Shown here: positions 14,453-28,695 of the stretch, piece after piece
Numbering within the stretch: position 1 is the first letter of the stretch
Layout of the letters: each line of letters starts with the position of its first letter
Source: Chrysomallon squamiferum
Taxonomy: Eukaryota; Animalia; Mollusca
NCBI GenBank assembly: GCA_012295275.1
Contig: CM022670.1
Coordinates: 1,054,001-1,118,000 of the forward strand
DNA length: 64,000 nt
Direction of reading: 5' to 3'
Position numbers and translations under genes: made by a program
Notes under the pieces: model-generated
What the model saw: only the letters and a program-made list of their open reading frames with translations
What the model was told of the DNA's origin: nothing
Databases searched by the model: none

Positions 14453-16511
14453 CAAAGCATATGTAAACCGAAATATGAAGAAGAATTCTGTGTATTTGCT
14501 TGAAACAAGTGAGACGTCATCAATACACACATCACTATTTCCTCCTTTCCCGGGCGAGCCAAAGCTGTGACATGTACTTGTTCTGTTCTCAGAAATATGC
14601 ATACACTTTCACTTCATGCAACAGATAATGAAAATTAATATTGTAATATGATTAGGAGACTTTTAAATATTCATTATATTTGTTTGAATTTGCAGATACT
14701 GAAATAAATGTTATAGATAACTCAGTCTTTAATGGTATTTTGTAATACATGATCGATTTGAGTAATTGGTACGTGATATCATAATAATAAATTCTGAGGC
14801 CTGAATTCGTTATACAAATAATAAAATGTAAAATACGTGAGTAATGTGGGGTTTTTTTTATTTGGTATCTTCAAAGTTCAGATACGCTATTCCGATTTTA
14901 TTATGAAGATTCTAAGAAATACATCTTTTTTTATTTCTGTTTAGATTGAAAAGTTGTGAGTTCAAATGAGACACACACACACACAAACAAAAAGATAAGA
15001 AGAAAAAAAGAAAAAAGATTGTTAATGGTTTAAAAAGAGTCACTTGATCAAAGCAGCTCGGTGTTCAGTTATTTCCCGTTCTGGAAAGATAAAACGAATT
15101 TCATTATAGAGAAAAGCTATGAGATAAAAGGAGGGCAAATTCTTTGGAGCCGCGTATGTCAGTCAATTCTTACCATTGTGCGATTCATGTCACATGATTG
15201 TTATTATAGAATTTATTATTAGAAACGTAACCAATATCGCCTCACCTCCGACCCCCAACCCCCCATAACCCACCATTTACTGGGTAAATGAAAATATTCA
15301 GCAAAATGTATTTAAACTTTTTGTACCAGTGTACATATTAATTTGCTATTCTTTACTATTATATTTGTATTGCTATATTATTATTATTATTATCATCATC
15401 ATCATTGATTTTAAGAACCGATAAATCTTGATTATTACTATTTTTCATTTTGTTTCCTTTTTACCTTTCTTTTCTGCTTCTTTCTTTCCTAAATTTCTTT
15501 CTTTCACTTTTCTTAAAGTTCATTGTTAAATTAGTTTTCGAGAGGTGACAACTTTAACCATCCATGACAGATAGCCATAACGCTTCGTTTAAACAGGATT
15601 ATGTCCCTTTTGTACACCGCGTCGAAAGCGTAAATAAGATTACTTCGCGGAAATCTGTGCATGTTTTGATTGGATAATTGTTATTGTTAGAATAGCCCGA
15701 GGTTTGCACTAACATTAAACACGATTGTTAGTCGTAAAAAAAAAAAAAAGAAAAAAAAAAAAAAGCATACGTTCATATTATGATTGTTTTAACTTGCGAA
15801 TAGCCACGGATCTGTAAGAATAATTACACCGTCTGTTGACACTAGGCTATTGACAGAGATGAAATATCGCTGACCTCACAATACGTGTCACGAGGAATTA
15901 CGTCATAACAGAATTTATTTGGCTTTTGTCGAAGTGCCATAATTATATTTAATTGCGCCAATTCTAAAATGTGCCAAAAACGGACGTTTAAAAAAAAAAA
16001 AAAAGTGTTAATTCAACTGATTTCCAGTTTTGTTCAGTGTGAACAATGTTTTAAAATTTAACAAAAATATAATGTATTTGATTATTTTTTTTCTCTTTCT
16101 TGGAGTAAAATTTCAAAGAAACAAACAAAAACAACAACAACAACAAACGTAACTATGTCGTTGTTATTGAGGTGGTCGTATCTGAAAGAACGTCTTCCCA
16201 TATTAAACTTAGAGAGTCCAATATTTATTGTCTTCACTAGTTCATATAGAGATAGGAGTGAAAAATGAATAATAATAAAAACGTTACTGTTTTATTATGA
16301 CTTTGATCTAATGCAGATTATCTAACAAGATCATATAACATTCTTCAGAGCTATTTTGTCATTCATATTCCTTACGCAATGCTCTATGAAGGCAACATTA
16401 AAGGTTGTATTATTAATGGATATTAATAATTCATACATTAACGTAATACGTTTATTACTCTATATTTCTCTTTTAACAAATACACAAATAAAAATACATG
16501 TGTGTGAGAGT

Positions 16512-16551
<40 letters not shown>

Positions 16552-16646
16552 AAGTTGTTTGAGTTAGAATTAGCCATTATATTTTAACACTTGGGATATT
16601 AGATGTCATATGTAATAATAATGAAAAATTATTATTATTATTATTA

Positions 16647-16727
<81 letters not shown>

Positions 16728-17235
16728 TGTTTTTGTTATTGTTGTTAATATCATTATTATTGTTAAGAGAAAAAATGCGCTACATACAACTTTACAACTT
16801 GAACATAAATAAAAATAGAATTACTCAGAAAATAATAATAATCTAAAAATCATTTATTGGAGCATATAGTGAATGTATGAAAAGTAGCAACAAATCTGAA
16901 AATCTATTTGAGCCTTACAAATACAAAGTTACATATTATTTGGTGGAAGCCTGTTACATATTATCTGTATCATACATTACACAAGTAATATTGATTTATC
17001 AGCGTAAGCATTCATAACATATAATAATTAACAAGGCACCAACTGAAAAACAATTATAACTTTCTCAATGAAAGACTGTTTACTTGATCTGGAATTTAAT
17101 ACTGTGTTTTATAGTGTATGTGGAATCGTATCTCATTACAGGTGTAACATTTAGTGATCACAGGTGTAATTGTATCAGCCTCTTACAGTATAAAGTGGTT
17201 GATATGAAAATACGGGTAAAGTCGTTATTAAAGTG

Positions 17236-18171
17236 TCACTGTCCGTCTTGGGCACCCCCACTGTCATTACTGACGTGGTCGCTATGGTTTGCGATTTTAT
17301 TCACTGTGATGTGATGGTTTTTCCAGGCTATGATTTTACTCAGTCCAGTTGTCTTGAAAATGATGATGTCGTCACGCCTGTTTTTTCTCTCTTTCTTCAC
17401 GTCGCAGTCCACGTACTCGGGGTTCTCGTTAAACGACAGCATGGGCGGCATCCTTCCCATTTTGAATCTGTCTTCGTAAAAGTACTCGAGCGGAGCCTTC
17501 AGAACTTGAACGTCGCCCACGAAGAGGATCTTCCCGGTTTGTTTGTGTCTCACGACAAAAGGCACCCGCTGGTCGTCACTCTTGGCGAACACAAATTTGG
17601 TGAAGACGATGATCGGCTTTGAAGTTGTCTCCTCGTGAGCCTTCATCACTGCTTCAGCGCTCGTATTGTCTTCCACGGTAATCTCCGAATGCATGTCCCA
17701 CTGGATACGGTTTTCAAAGCTTTGAGTTTTGCCCTCCGTCACGGAATAATTACCGGTTAGCTCGGCTCCGAAACTGATATCGAATGGCAGTTTGATGTCA
17801 ATGGAGTATTTACTGCCGATTGAGAAAACCTCCGAAAACGAAAATGTCGAGATCGCTTTTGTTTCTTTTATGGTGTTGAAGGAAAATTTCTGATCCTTAC
17901 CGGAAGTGTTGTCAAACGCCGCCTTGTGGAGGACTACGGGAACTTCCTCTTTGACAGCAGTCGTCTTTGGAAAGTGCGTTTCGCAGACTTTCTCTAGATA
18001 TTCCCATTTGACTTCCACGACATAGTTTTTGCGTTTAACACACAAAGACCTGAACTTACCAAGTCTGACGGGACTTAGAACGTTCCAGACGTATTTCTCA
18101 AACACTGCCTGCAGGTCGACGTGGTTCATGTCGACGCGTTGCTCACCCGGTGCGCTGCAGCAATTACCCAT
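17236..18171 (-). CDS. Aerolysin/ETX-MTX2-like beta-pore-forming protein (glabralysin-like), 311 aa, N-terminal MGNCCS dual-acylation motif ('PFP1')
   Basis: Uninterrupted, GC-elevated ORF; acceptor tttcag 1 nt before the ATG. Motif LHKAAFDNTSGKDQKFSFNTIKET, Ser/Thr-rich strands, alternating amphipathic hairpin FSIGSKYSIDIKLP-FD-ISFGAELTGNYSV, then WDMHSEITVED..AEA. Family recognised by eye, no search run. Confidence 0.8.
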   Translation of the reverse strand: MGNCCSAPGEQRVDMNHVDLQAVFEKYVWNVLSPVRLGKFRSLCVKRKNYVVEVKWEYLEKVCETHFPKTTAVKEEVPVVLHKAAFDNTSGKDQKFSFNTIKETKAISTFSFSEVFSIGSKYSIDIKLPFDISFGAELTGNYSVTEGKTQSFENRIQWDMHSEITVEDNTSAEAVMKAHEETTSKPIIVFTKFVFAKSDDQRVPFVVRHKQTGKILFVGDVQVLKAPLEYFYEDRFKMGRMPPMLSFNENPEYVDCDVKKERKNRRDDIIIFKTTGLSKIIAWKNHHITVNKIANHSDHVSNDSGGAQDGQ

Positions 18172-19480
18172 TCTGAAATAACAACCACAACAACAACATT
18201 AGTGAGATAAAACATACGTACCACCCTATACAATCTTCACATCCACTGAACATAATTTTCATTCATTCATCCTTTTTCTTTCTTTCTTTCTTTCTTTCTT
18301 TCTTTCGTTCATTCAGTTATTCCAGTTTATAATTAATAATATAACTGTATTTTTATGGAGATGTCAATTTTCGGTTTTAAAAGGCTGCGGCATTTTTATA
18401 TTCTTCGTAAACTATCCTCAAATATCAGGTGAATTTATAATATAAGACGTTTTTATCTACTTGCAGTTTCATTGTTATATTTACTGTTTTATTATTAATG
18501 TCTCTCCTTTTTATTGCTTCAGAAAACTGCCATTACTGACATGTAATAAATAATTTTAAAATTATAATAAAGTGAATAGAATCCCACAAACTGATGATCT
18601 TTCCACCTGTATATATATATATCTGCCTACTTATGTATGTGTGTGCGTGTGCGCTCGTGTGTGTATGTGTGTCTCTTCCTATTTATCTATTTATTTGGCT
18701 CCTAATTCCCTACCTATCCACAAATATACATACATATATACATACTTACATATACATTCAAAAAAATGCAATTCAATGAAATAAAATTTAAAAATAATTT
18801 AAAAAATGAAAACATTAAAACAAACCCCTTCAAAAATAAAATAAAAATAAAAACAGGGGAAAAAAAACTCACATCATTTACATACAGAATAAGCGACATC
18901 ACTAACCTTTGATTATCAAACGGAATCAGGATATGCTGTAAGGTTTGTTTACAGCGGAAAAATTACAATTTTGTTTTCTCGTTTTCCCTTATATTTAAAG
19001 TCTGTTATGGGAATAGTCCACTTACACTGGAAATGTACCCGGGCGGCAAATAATGCGTGCATTTCTTACTCTTTTAACCGAAAATGCAAAACATTTACCT
19101 TTATTTTTATGAACTGTCCCAATCACGAACGTAACTACTCAAGGAACATACATCACAACAGTTACTAGATGCACGATGTTTGTTTATCTAATTTGTTTTT
19201 GGTGCTAACGTAACTATGTTTGCTCAGTATAACGTACAGGACAGGAATTGATGATTATTATTGTTCAGTGTATGTTCTGCAATAAAAAATACTGTTACTT
19301 ATGATACTGTTAATTAACTGATTCATATAAAGAAATTATAAAAGGAAAAAAATTATTTGTTTCCTTTTTTGGTTATTTATTTATTATCATTTTTAAAATT
19401 TTATTTTATTCTATTTATTTTATATTTTATTTTATTTTATTTTATTTATTTTATTTTATCTAGTTATTTATTTATAATAG

Positions 19481-19532
<52 letters not shown>

Positions 19533-19694
19533 GCTGCTGCTACTACTACTACTACTACTAATAATAATTATAATACTAAAAACAACAACAGCAACAACTA
19601 CAACAATAACAATAATAATATATATATTTGTTTGTTTATTCATTTATGTGTTTGCAAATTGATTTATTTGTACCGATGTATATAATTTATATAA

Positions 19695-19767
19695 TGGCCC
19701 AGATGAAACCGAACCCGAAAGTAACTTTTTATAACAATTCAGGTTCGGTTACGTCTGGGCCACCCTA
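19695..19767. mobile_element. Miniature inverted-repeat element (Tc1/mariner-like MITE remnant)
   Basis: TGGCCCAGATGAAACCGAACCCGAA and TTCAGGTTCGGTTACGTCTGGGCCA are inverted repeats matching at 22/25, with a short spacer and TA-rich flanks; right end reads TATAGGGTGGCCCA on minus. Confidence 0.6.
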
Positions 19768-19937
19768 TATATATATATATATATCATTGTGTGTTTTCGT
19801 AACAACAAATTTATCAAAGATAGTTTAAGTGTGCGCGCTCACACAAACATATACATTACATTCATCAGAACATACAGCATGCTGAAACATATATTTATAT
19901 GTAAATATGCATATATGTATATATATATCTACATCAC

Positions 19938-19981
<44 letters not shown>

Positions 19982-20151
19982 CGTATGTATATGTGTATGT
20001 ATGTCTGTGTATGAGATAGAAACAAAAATAGTTACTCGATGTACAATACGCTCAATTACTATTGCTACTACTGCCATCACGTTTTTATTATTATTATTAT
20101 CATCATTCACATCATCATCATCATTATTATTGTTACTACTACTACTACTAC

Positions 20152-20194
<43 letters not shown>

Positions 20195-20745
20195 GTTGTT
20201 GTTGTTGTTGCTGTTGTTGTTGTTGTTGTAGTTGTTGTTGGTGTTGCTGTTGTTGTTACTGTTGGTATTATCAACCTAAAACAAATCGTGTTTACATTTA
20301 TCTCACGCGCTTATCTGTTTCAATGGAACGAATACATTCTTCAAAAATACACCTGCGGTGTATCAGGTATCAACAGCGGTGCGCACACACACTCGTACAT
20401 AAATAAGAATCTTTTTATCGTTACTTCAATCACAATTTAGAAGATTATAGTCAAGGTTGAATAGCCAGACTTGCTCACGGCTCTAGTATCCTACTACTAC
20501 TACTATTACTACTACGTCAGCTACTGCTGTTAGTGCTACTACTACTGCTGCTGCCGATGATGATGATGATACTGCTACTACTACTACTACTAATGATGAT
20601 TATGACACTGATGATAATAAAATAATAGTTGTGATGATGCTGATGATGCTAATAATAACGATGATGATGATTTTGTTAGTAATAATGGATATTAATCATT
20701 TTAATTACGAGAAGAAGAAGACGAAGAAACTATATTAATACTCAC

Positions 20746-20902
20746 ATATGTTTAAACAGTTTTTGTTTTGCTTTTATATTAATATAAAAATCCGTAGTAC
20801 TAAAAAATTAATTAAACATTCTTAAAATACATGTATCAGTAATTCAGTAAATTAACTAGTTTCACTTCCTGTCTTAAATACGCATGCGTATCTTTATTTA
20901 TA
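20746..20902 (-). promoter_or_regulatory. Candidate promoter and non-coding first exon of PFP1
   Basis: TATAAATA (minus) 20895-20902, CAGGAAGTGAAACT ETS/IRF-composite-like site 20858-20871, donor GTGAGT at 20745. The CDS exon has an acceptor right before the ATG, so an upstream exon is expected. Confidence 0.45.
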
Positions 20903-21206
20903 GAATTAAAAGAATTTTCATAGCTTTATTTACCTATAACTAAATTTTAGTTTCACATAATTACTTTTTGCCCGTGAATACGCAGCATAAATGATTTATC
21001 AGAACTGTTATTAGCAGATTAAAGGATTAGTGATATATTTTTATTAAATGACACTGAAGCTCTGGATTAAGCTCTATGAATTAACCAAGGCGATTATTAG
21101 AATTTGAACTTTTTAGTTTCATTCTTATTTTCTGTGATTTGAGTAATCTTTCTGCAATATTTTCATTTTATCAAATGAAATAAACAAAACTGCAATTTTC
21201 TACTGC

Positions 21207-21270
<64 letters not shown>

Positions 21271-22101
21271 CATTTAGGAGTTTTCCATCTTAGTGTTATA
21301 ATATTTCTCTGTGTTTTAGAAGGAGATTTTTATTTTGTCAGTTTAGCAGTATTGCTAAGCGCAGTATTAATGGAAACTGCGCTGTATGAATGTTCTATTT
21401 ATTTTAATAATAATCATAATAATAATAATAATAATAGTAGTAGTAGTAGTAGTAATAGTAGCAATAGTAGTAGTAATAGAGTAATAGACTGTTGTAACAA
21501 AAGTAGTACAGCAATATAAATATAGTAGTAGCAATATCATAATAATATAAGGAGCACATTCGTTGTTACTGTAATGATAAACATTAATTTGTATTACAGA
21601 ATTTTATATATTCTTATTTTTTAAATATATTTTTATTTATAATTTTTAAAATTCTTTGTCATGCAAAATTAATTGTTTATACAAGATATATATTTTAATT
21701 TGCCAGCTCGAAAGTCTAGACCAATTTTGTTTTTTTAAATTTACCAGGTGGAAAGAACAGGTGCATTTTTTGTTTATACTTAAAAGATATTTTCTGCAAC
21801 ATAAATTTACGAATACAAGCGTTAGGCCAGGCAAAAAACATTACTCATATGTATATATATATATAAAAAATACATAAATACAAATAATAATAATAAAAAT
21901 AAAAAGACTGAAGAAAGCAGAAAAAGGGTGAATGTTCTACGAAAAAGAATTTGTTTTAATGTAAGAATAATATTTAAAGTAACGGAAAGGTTATTGCTAT
22001 TGAAATGTTATTGTTATTATTATAATTATCCTCTGGAAAAATAATAATATTAATATTACTAATAAGAAGAAGAAGTAGTAATTTAACTGGCAACATTATT
22101 A

Positions 22102-22154
<53 letters not shown>

Positions 22155-23337
22155 TATATCATATATAAGTGTATTAAAAATTCGCAAACTACGTATTACT
22201 ATTATTATTATTATAATAAAAATACAAATTTAAACAAAATATCTAGCCAGATCGCAAATGAAAACAAACTGGTTAGTATTTATCTGCCATCTGTTAAAGT
22301 TGGCCTGCGTTCCTGTCAGAGAAAAATAGACGCAATCTTAAAATGTCGGAGAAAAAAGAAGAAGATAAAGAAAGGAAAGAGAAAGGAAAGGATGTTTATT
22401 TTCTAGCTTCATCCAGACATATTTGATGCTATCTTTGTTCAAAGGTCAAGGTTACTAATGGATCGAAGCATTTCTCGGAAAAGATGATAAGAAAAAAAAA
22501 ATTCAAAAATCAAAATAAAGAGAGGATAATAATATTTCAGAAATAGTAAAACAGATACTACACAGGTCAAATGAATTTATTTTAGACATAAATGGTAATT
22601 TCTATTATTTTTAACTGTTAATGAAAATAACAAAATAAATCAAAATAATAATAGAAGCTCTTCATACCGATTGACATAGCCATTGATTTCAGAATGTAAA
22701 TACACCTTTAAGAAACACGCACTATATACTGGACACCGCATTATAACTGTTTATTTTCGTAACGGTAAATAGATAAATACTCACTGCATTAACGTGATTA
22801 TCGTAGTTTACTAAAAAAAATGTGAAATAAATTAAAATAACGAAAAAATAAAAAACGAGGCAGATGCATTCCTTCCTTTGACATAAAAACCGACAAGGAT
22901 GGCATTTATGTATGAAATATCTGAGTAGGTAATTTGCTTATATGTATATATATAAAAGAAACAGACACAGCGGTAGAACATACCTTACTAGAGGCTCTGT
23001 GTTGAGATAGAATCCGCACGACAAATCCAACAAAGAAAACTGAAGATATTCCAGCAAAAAAGGACGCTCTTTATTTCCAAGCGTTCTAGCATGCCAGTAG
23101 CCATTGGCTGGATGCAGTCACGTGATTTCATTATGCATCATTTCTCATTAAAGTAAAATCGTGAATGATCTTGATTTCATGAAACTGTTTTTTTTAGTCT
23201 TTTGTGTGTGCATAAACATTACAAAAATGAAGCTTGCGTTTTTTTCTCTTTGCGGTATGTTGTAAAATAAAAGAAATGTGATAAATATTTTCTGCATAAT
23301 TATGTATCTGAAAGATGTAAAACGAATTGTTTTAAAT

Positions 23338-23399
<62 letters not shown>

Positions 23400-24284
23400 T
23401 TCATATAATTCTTATGATAAAGCAAGCCAGCTGAAAAAGAATGAATATGTAAATAAAATAAAGAAAAATAAACAAAGAAACGATCAAATGATCAAAGTAA
23501 CAGATATATAAAGAAATAAAATAAAATAAATCAAAATATTTATTTATTTATTTGTTCGCTTTTTTTGTTCGTTCGTTCGTTCATTCATTCATTCATTTAT
23601 TCATTTATTTATTTATTTATGTTTGTTTGTTTGTCTGTTTATATTATTTAAATATTTAGTACCAAAAGCCAATAATATAATGTTATTAAAAGGTTTATTA
23701 AATGAATAATGATAATGATAATTATTATGAAACTGATGGTAGTAATAATGAAAAAAGTGAATAAATGAAAATAAGCCTTCATCATCTAGAACAAAAAATA
23801 AGAAAAAGAACAAAACAACAACAACGACAATAACGACAACAACTACTACTGCTACTAACCGTACTATAATTACAGAGGTAACAAATACAAAACCGTATGC
23901 TGTATTTTTTTAGAATTTTTTTTCAAATTTTTATTTTATTATTATTATTTTTTTTTTTAATACAAACATTGTCATTCAACACTCGTGTTCATCCGAATCA
24001 AGGGAAATAATTTCAGCATTATCTCTGAATTCAGCGAGTTATCGTTTGAAGCTTGCAACTACAATTAATAATACAGTCGGAAAACGTTTACAACTAATGT
24101 TACATCATCAGCAACTGCAGTTGCTCCTACCACTATTACTGTAGTAATTAAAAAATAAAAATAAAAATAAATTATTTATAAATTGTTGCTGTTATCTACT
24201 ACAAAAATAATAAATAAAAAAGAAAAACAGAACAAAATAAATTCAAAATAAAATAAATTAAAATAATAATAAAAAATAAGACAA

Positions 24285-24323
<39 letters not shown>

Positions 24324-26497
24324 AGATTCAGTCTAAATGATAATAAAAGTACAGCTGAAGATTTTTAAAATTTATTTTTACTGATTTACTAGTACTCCAG
24401 AGTTATGAATAAATAATGTACAAGAAGCAGCAGTGAATTCACACTAACCAGGTAGACTGAGTCTGTTTACTTTACACATAACAGCATTTTCTTCAACCAG
24501 CATTACAGTTTATCTTTCTGTTTGCTTTACAGAATATTTTGTATTTATTACCAGTAGTTACAAACATTACCAAACAGCCGGTCCAAATACTACGAGTAGT
24601 CGAGTAACAATGGGTTGTTATGACAGCACCGTGTCAATTACGTGTTTGCACGAGGGGGTTCACGCGCATTAACGGTTAATGATGAAATCTACAACAGTAA
24701 TTGACAAGTAAAAGAAAAATGTTGTATTTATTCTCAGCGCGCGCGACGTTGGTTACATCTTTTGACGCCTGTCACTGGCTAGTACAAGTGTTTATCAAAC
24801 TGGTCCTAGGTGCTCGGAATAGCTGGGGGTGGGGACGAGTGGGTGTGAGTTGAATAACTATTACAGTTAAAAAAACAAAAACAAAATTGTAATCTTGAAA
24901 TATTGGTGCTAATTGTTACAGTAAACGGACATTAATAATGGTCGTTTTTTTTACTATTTGTTTTTTATCATAAAAGTTCAGAATCTACTTAGTATTTACA
25001 GTTTCGAATAGAAGATTTTAATAATTCTAGATTATTCTACATCTTTTCTTACTTTCATTCCTCCCTTTTTTTTTATTTATAGCTCCACCCCATCACTTTC
25101 CTTCATTCATCCTTTCTTCTTTTATTTTTATTTCTTCCCCTTACATCCTCCACATTATGCCAATATACTATAAATTATAAACAAATCCTGCGATTTGTGT
25201 TAGAGCAAAGAGAAGTCGTAAACATTGTCTGTTATTTATTTTATTTTATTTTATTTTATTTTATTTTATTTTATTTATTTATTTTATTATCACCTGTTAA
25301 TGACAGTAAAAACACTTGTTATAGAAGTATGTCTAGGAGAAAGGGTTAAACTCACCTGTTAATTAGCTAATTAGTCTGATGTTAATTAACAGAAATCACT
25401 TTAATTCATCGCCCTGTTTGTTTGTACTCTCACTTAGTGTAACAATGGACATAAAGTACAAAGATAAGACACGTGCACAGTACAGTTATATTTACAAATA
25501 ACCCGCACACGTACAAACCAACACACAACAATACCCATGACAATACGTGCCTGATAATGATGATTATAATCATGATAATAAGAATAATGATGAAGATGAT
25601 GATGATAATTGATTATGATGATCATAATGATGTTAATGATAATAATAATAATAATATTATAATAATAATAATAATAATAATAATTATTATTATTATGATG
25701 ATGATTGTGATTGTTATTGTTATTGCCATCATCATCATCATCATTATTACTAATTTTATTTATTATTATTATTATTTCCACAATATTAAAACAGGGCAGT
25801 CTAACTGTATAAATTCGCTTTCAAAGCCACAGTCTCCGACGTATTTATGAAAGGTCGGGGAAGGTGCACATAATGGATTCCTTACAGCTAATTCAGAAAG
25901 AGTAACTTAACCGTGACTCTTCACCTGCTAACTGTGACGTGTAACTGTACATATCACACTGTATAACGATATACACAGCGTACCATTAAATAAAACGTAA
26001 CTTACTACTAAAAGGATATTGATTTACTTACCCTCGTTACGATCCGATATGCTGGACACACCCTTGTGTCCTGCAATCGTGGCGAGAACCCATTCTTTTC
26101 CCTACCCAAAACTCTTTTCTGCGACAGACACGCCCGCTGACCTGTCAGAAAGCGTGCCCGTCGCAGACGTGCTTCACAACAGCTTGCTCTGATTAGCACG
26201 TTCATTTTTTTTCCATTCCATTCCAATACTTACCCTGATAGTTCCGTTAGACTGGGTTTTTTTTTTTATTGTGAACTTAATCATTTGTCCAAAACGTAAT
26301 AAAAAATTAATACAACAGTGTATAGGTAGCAGTTTACACACATTAATTCATGTGTTAGGAATTTTAAAATGACATTTTTTTTTTTGTATTACATTTATGT
26401 TAATGGCAACGGATTTGCTACGTTATTTATGTACTTCTGTAGAATTAATGTTTGAAATGTGTTCTCTTTAGACACACATACACACTCGGTAATAATA

Positions 26498-26529
<32 letters not shown>

Positions 26530-27213
26530 AACAATGATGATATATATTTTTGTTTATTATCGCCAGTTTACCATACATAAACAAATATATGTACAGATTG
26601 CTAATTATTATTATTATTATTAGTATTACAATCATCATCAGCAGCATCATCATACTACTACTATTATTACTACAACTACTATTATTACTGATACTACTAC
26701 TACAACAATTACCTGAAGAACAAGATATTATTTTTGTTTTCGTAACTAAGTAAGAAATATAAACATAATATTTAGATAAAAAAAATGTTTATCTAGTAGA
26801 AACATAACCCATTTAACCGTCATCCGTTTTTTTATTCACTGAAGTAAATCACTAAAACGACAATATACATATTTATATCATATTCACCTACCTAGTATTA
26901 TATATTATAAATGAATCATGTGTTCTGTTTCAAACAGAAACTCTTCCACCCGGGGTGCTCTTTTTGTCTTTTTACGGAGATGCAGTGGACTGCTTTGTAG
27001 AATAAATGTGAATAACTAATACACTTTCATTCTTTACATTAACAACAAACAAACAAACAATAAAAACCCCAAAACAAAACAAAACAAAACAAATAAACAA
27101 CAAAAAACAAACACGTTACAACTTGATCACAGGAAGATTTAACACACCAGTTTTGCGTTTTTCTCTTGTAAAATTTATTTTGGAACAGCACCCCAAATTC
27201 CAGCTTTTAACAC

Positions 27214-27523
27214 ATGGCTGTAATAATTAGAAGAAATCTGCTTTATGTGACAGCGGTTTTAATGACTCTCTTCGCGGTTTCTGAGACAATTAGTTTTCGT
27301 GATAAAACGTTTCGACTCTTACCACAGCACACGAACATGAAACCTTTCGAAAATCCAGTAACAGAAATGAAGATCTCCAGTGAACTTGCTTGTACTATGG
27401 AATGTTCAAGCTATATCGGGTGCTCTGGCGTCATTTACAACAACGACAACGGCATTTGTTCCATGTACACGACGTTCTTTTACTCACAGACATTTTTAAC
27501 GGAAGCTGGATTCAAAACAGACG
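27214..27523 (+). CDS. Secreted PAN/Apple-domain protein; first exon (3' structure uncertain, raw ORF runs to 27738)
   Basis: Signal peptide MAVIIRRNLLYVTAVLMTLFAVSET; PAN core ACTMECSSYIGCSGVIYNNDNGICSMY (C-x3-C-x5-C-x11-C); possible phase-1 donor ACG|GTAATA at 27523/27524, after which the ORF becomes (CTA/TTA)n low complexity. Confidence 0.72.
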
Positions 27524-28604
27524 GTAATAATAGTTATTACTGTTATATAATACCATTACTGTTAATACTATTACTTCTACTACTGCTATTATTACTGTTA
27601 CTACAACTACCAGTACAACTTGTTTTTCTTATATTGCTGATATTATTTCCCCCAGCACTGCTACAACTGTATTTACTACTGTTATTTCTACAACAACTAC
27701 TACTACCTCCACTATTACCACGTCTTTTTTTTCACTAATTCTACTTCTACTGCTGCTGCTGTTTTATACTGCGGCTTCCACAGCTACTTCATCTACTGCT
27801 ACTACTCGGACTTTACAGTAACTGAAATGTGTACTGTTAGTAGTAACTTGTTTCATAGTGGTAATGTCATAATTATGTTTTCCTAGTTGTAAGAAGGGAA
27901 ATAACTCCCTTTATGTTTTATGGTGTCAATTTTTTTTTTTTTTTTTTTTTTTTTTCTGTAAATTTATTAACTGGTTGGATGTTTAAGTAAAAGCACTGAA
28001 TTTTTCACCATTTTATTTTTTTGCATTAAAAATGTAATTAGTACAGGTAAATATTGTTATACTTAAAAAGAAAAGTAATAATAATAATAATAAATAAATA
28101 AATAAATAAATACAAAGAAAGAAAGAAAGAAAGAAAGAAAGGAAGAATGAAAGAAAGAAAGAAAAAAGCAAGCAAACAAGCAAACAAACAAACAAACATA
28201 CAAACAAACAAACAAACAAACAAAAAAGAAAAAGGCATATAAAAAAAACGAACAAACCTAACAACAACAAAAACAAACTTCAACTTCCAAATAAAAGATC
28301 AGTTTATTATTTTAACACATAAAGACTGTTGATTTGACACGTTGGCTTCTAATGGCTCCCTCTTCACTTTTCTCACGAAACGAATAAAGAAAACATCGAA
28401 CTGTTTCTTAATGAAATCACACTGACAAAAACACACTCCTCCGGCCATAACGTCAGTTTTGCGGAATTTCGTTGTTTTAAAGGTGACACTAAACTGAGCT
28501 GTAGTTGCGAGTAAACAGATGTGATGTGTTGAAATAATTACATTTAAAGTGACGTGAGACAGTTAACGTACAGAGGCTGGAAATTTAGCCTCAAGATAGA
28601 CAAT

Positions 28605-28695
<91 letters not shown>

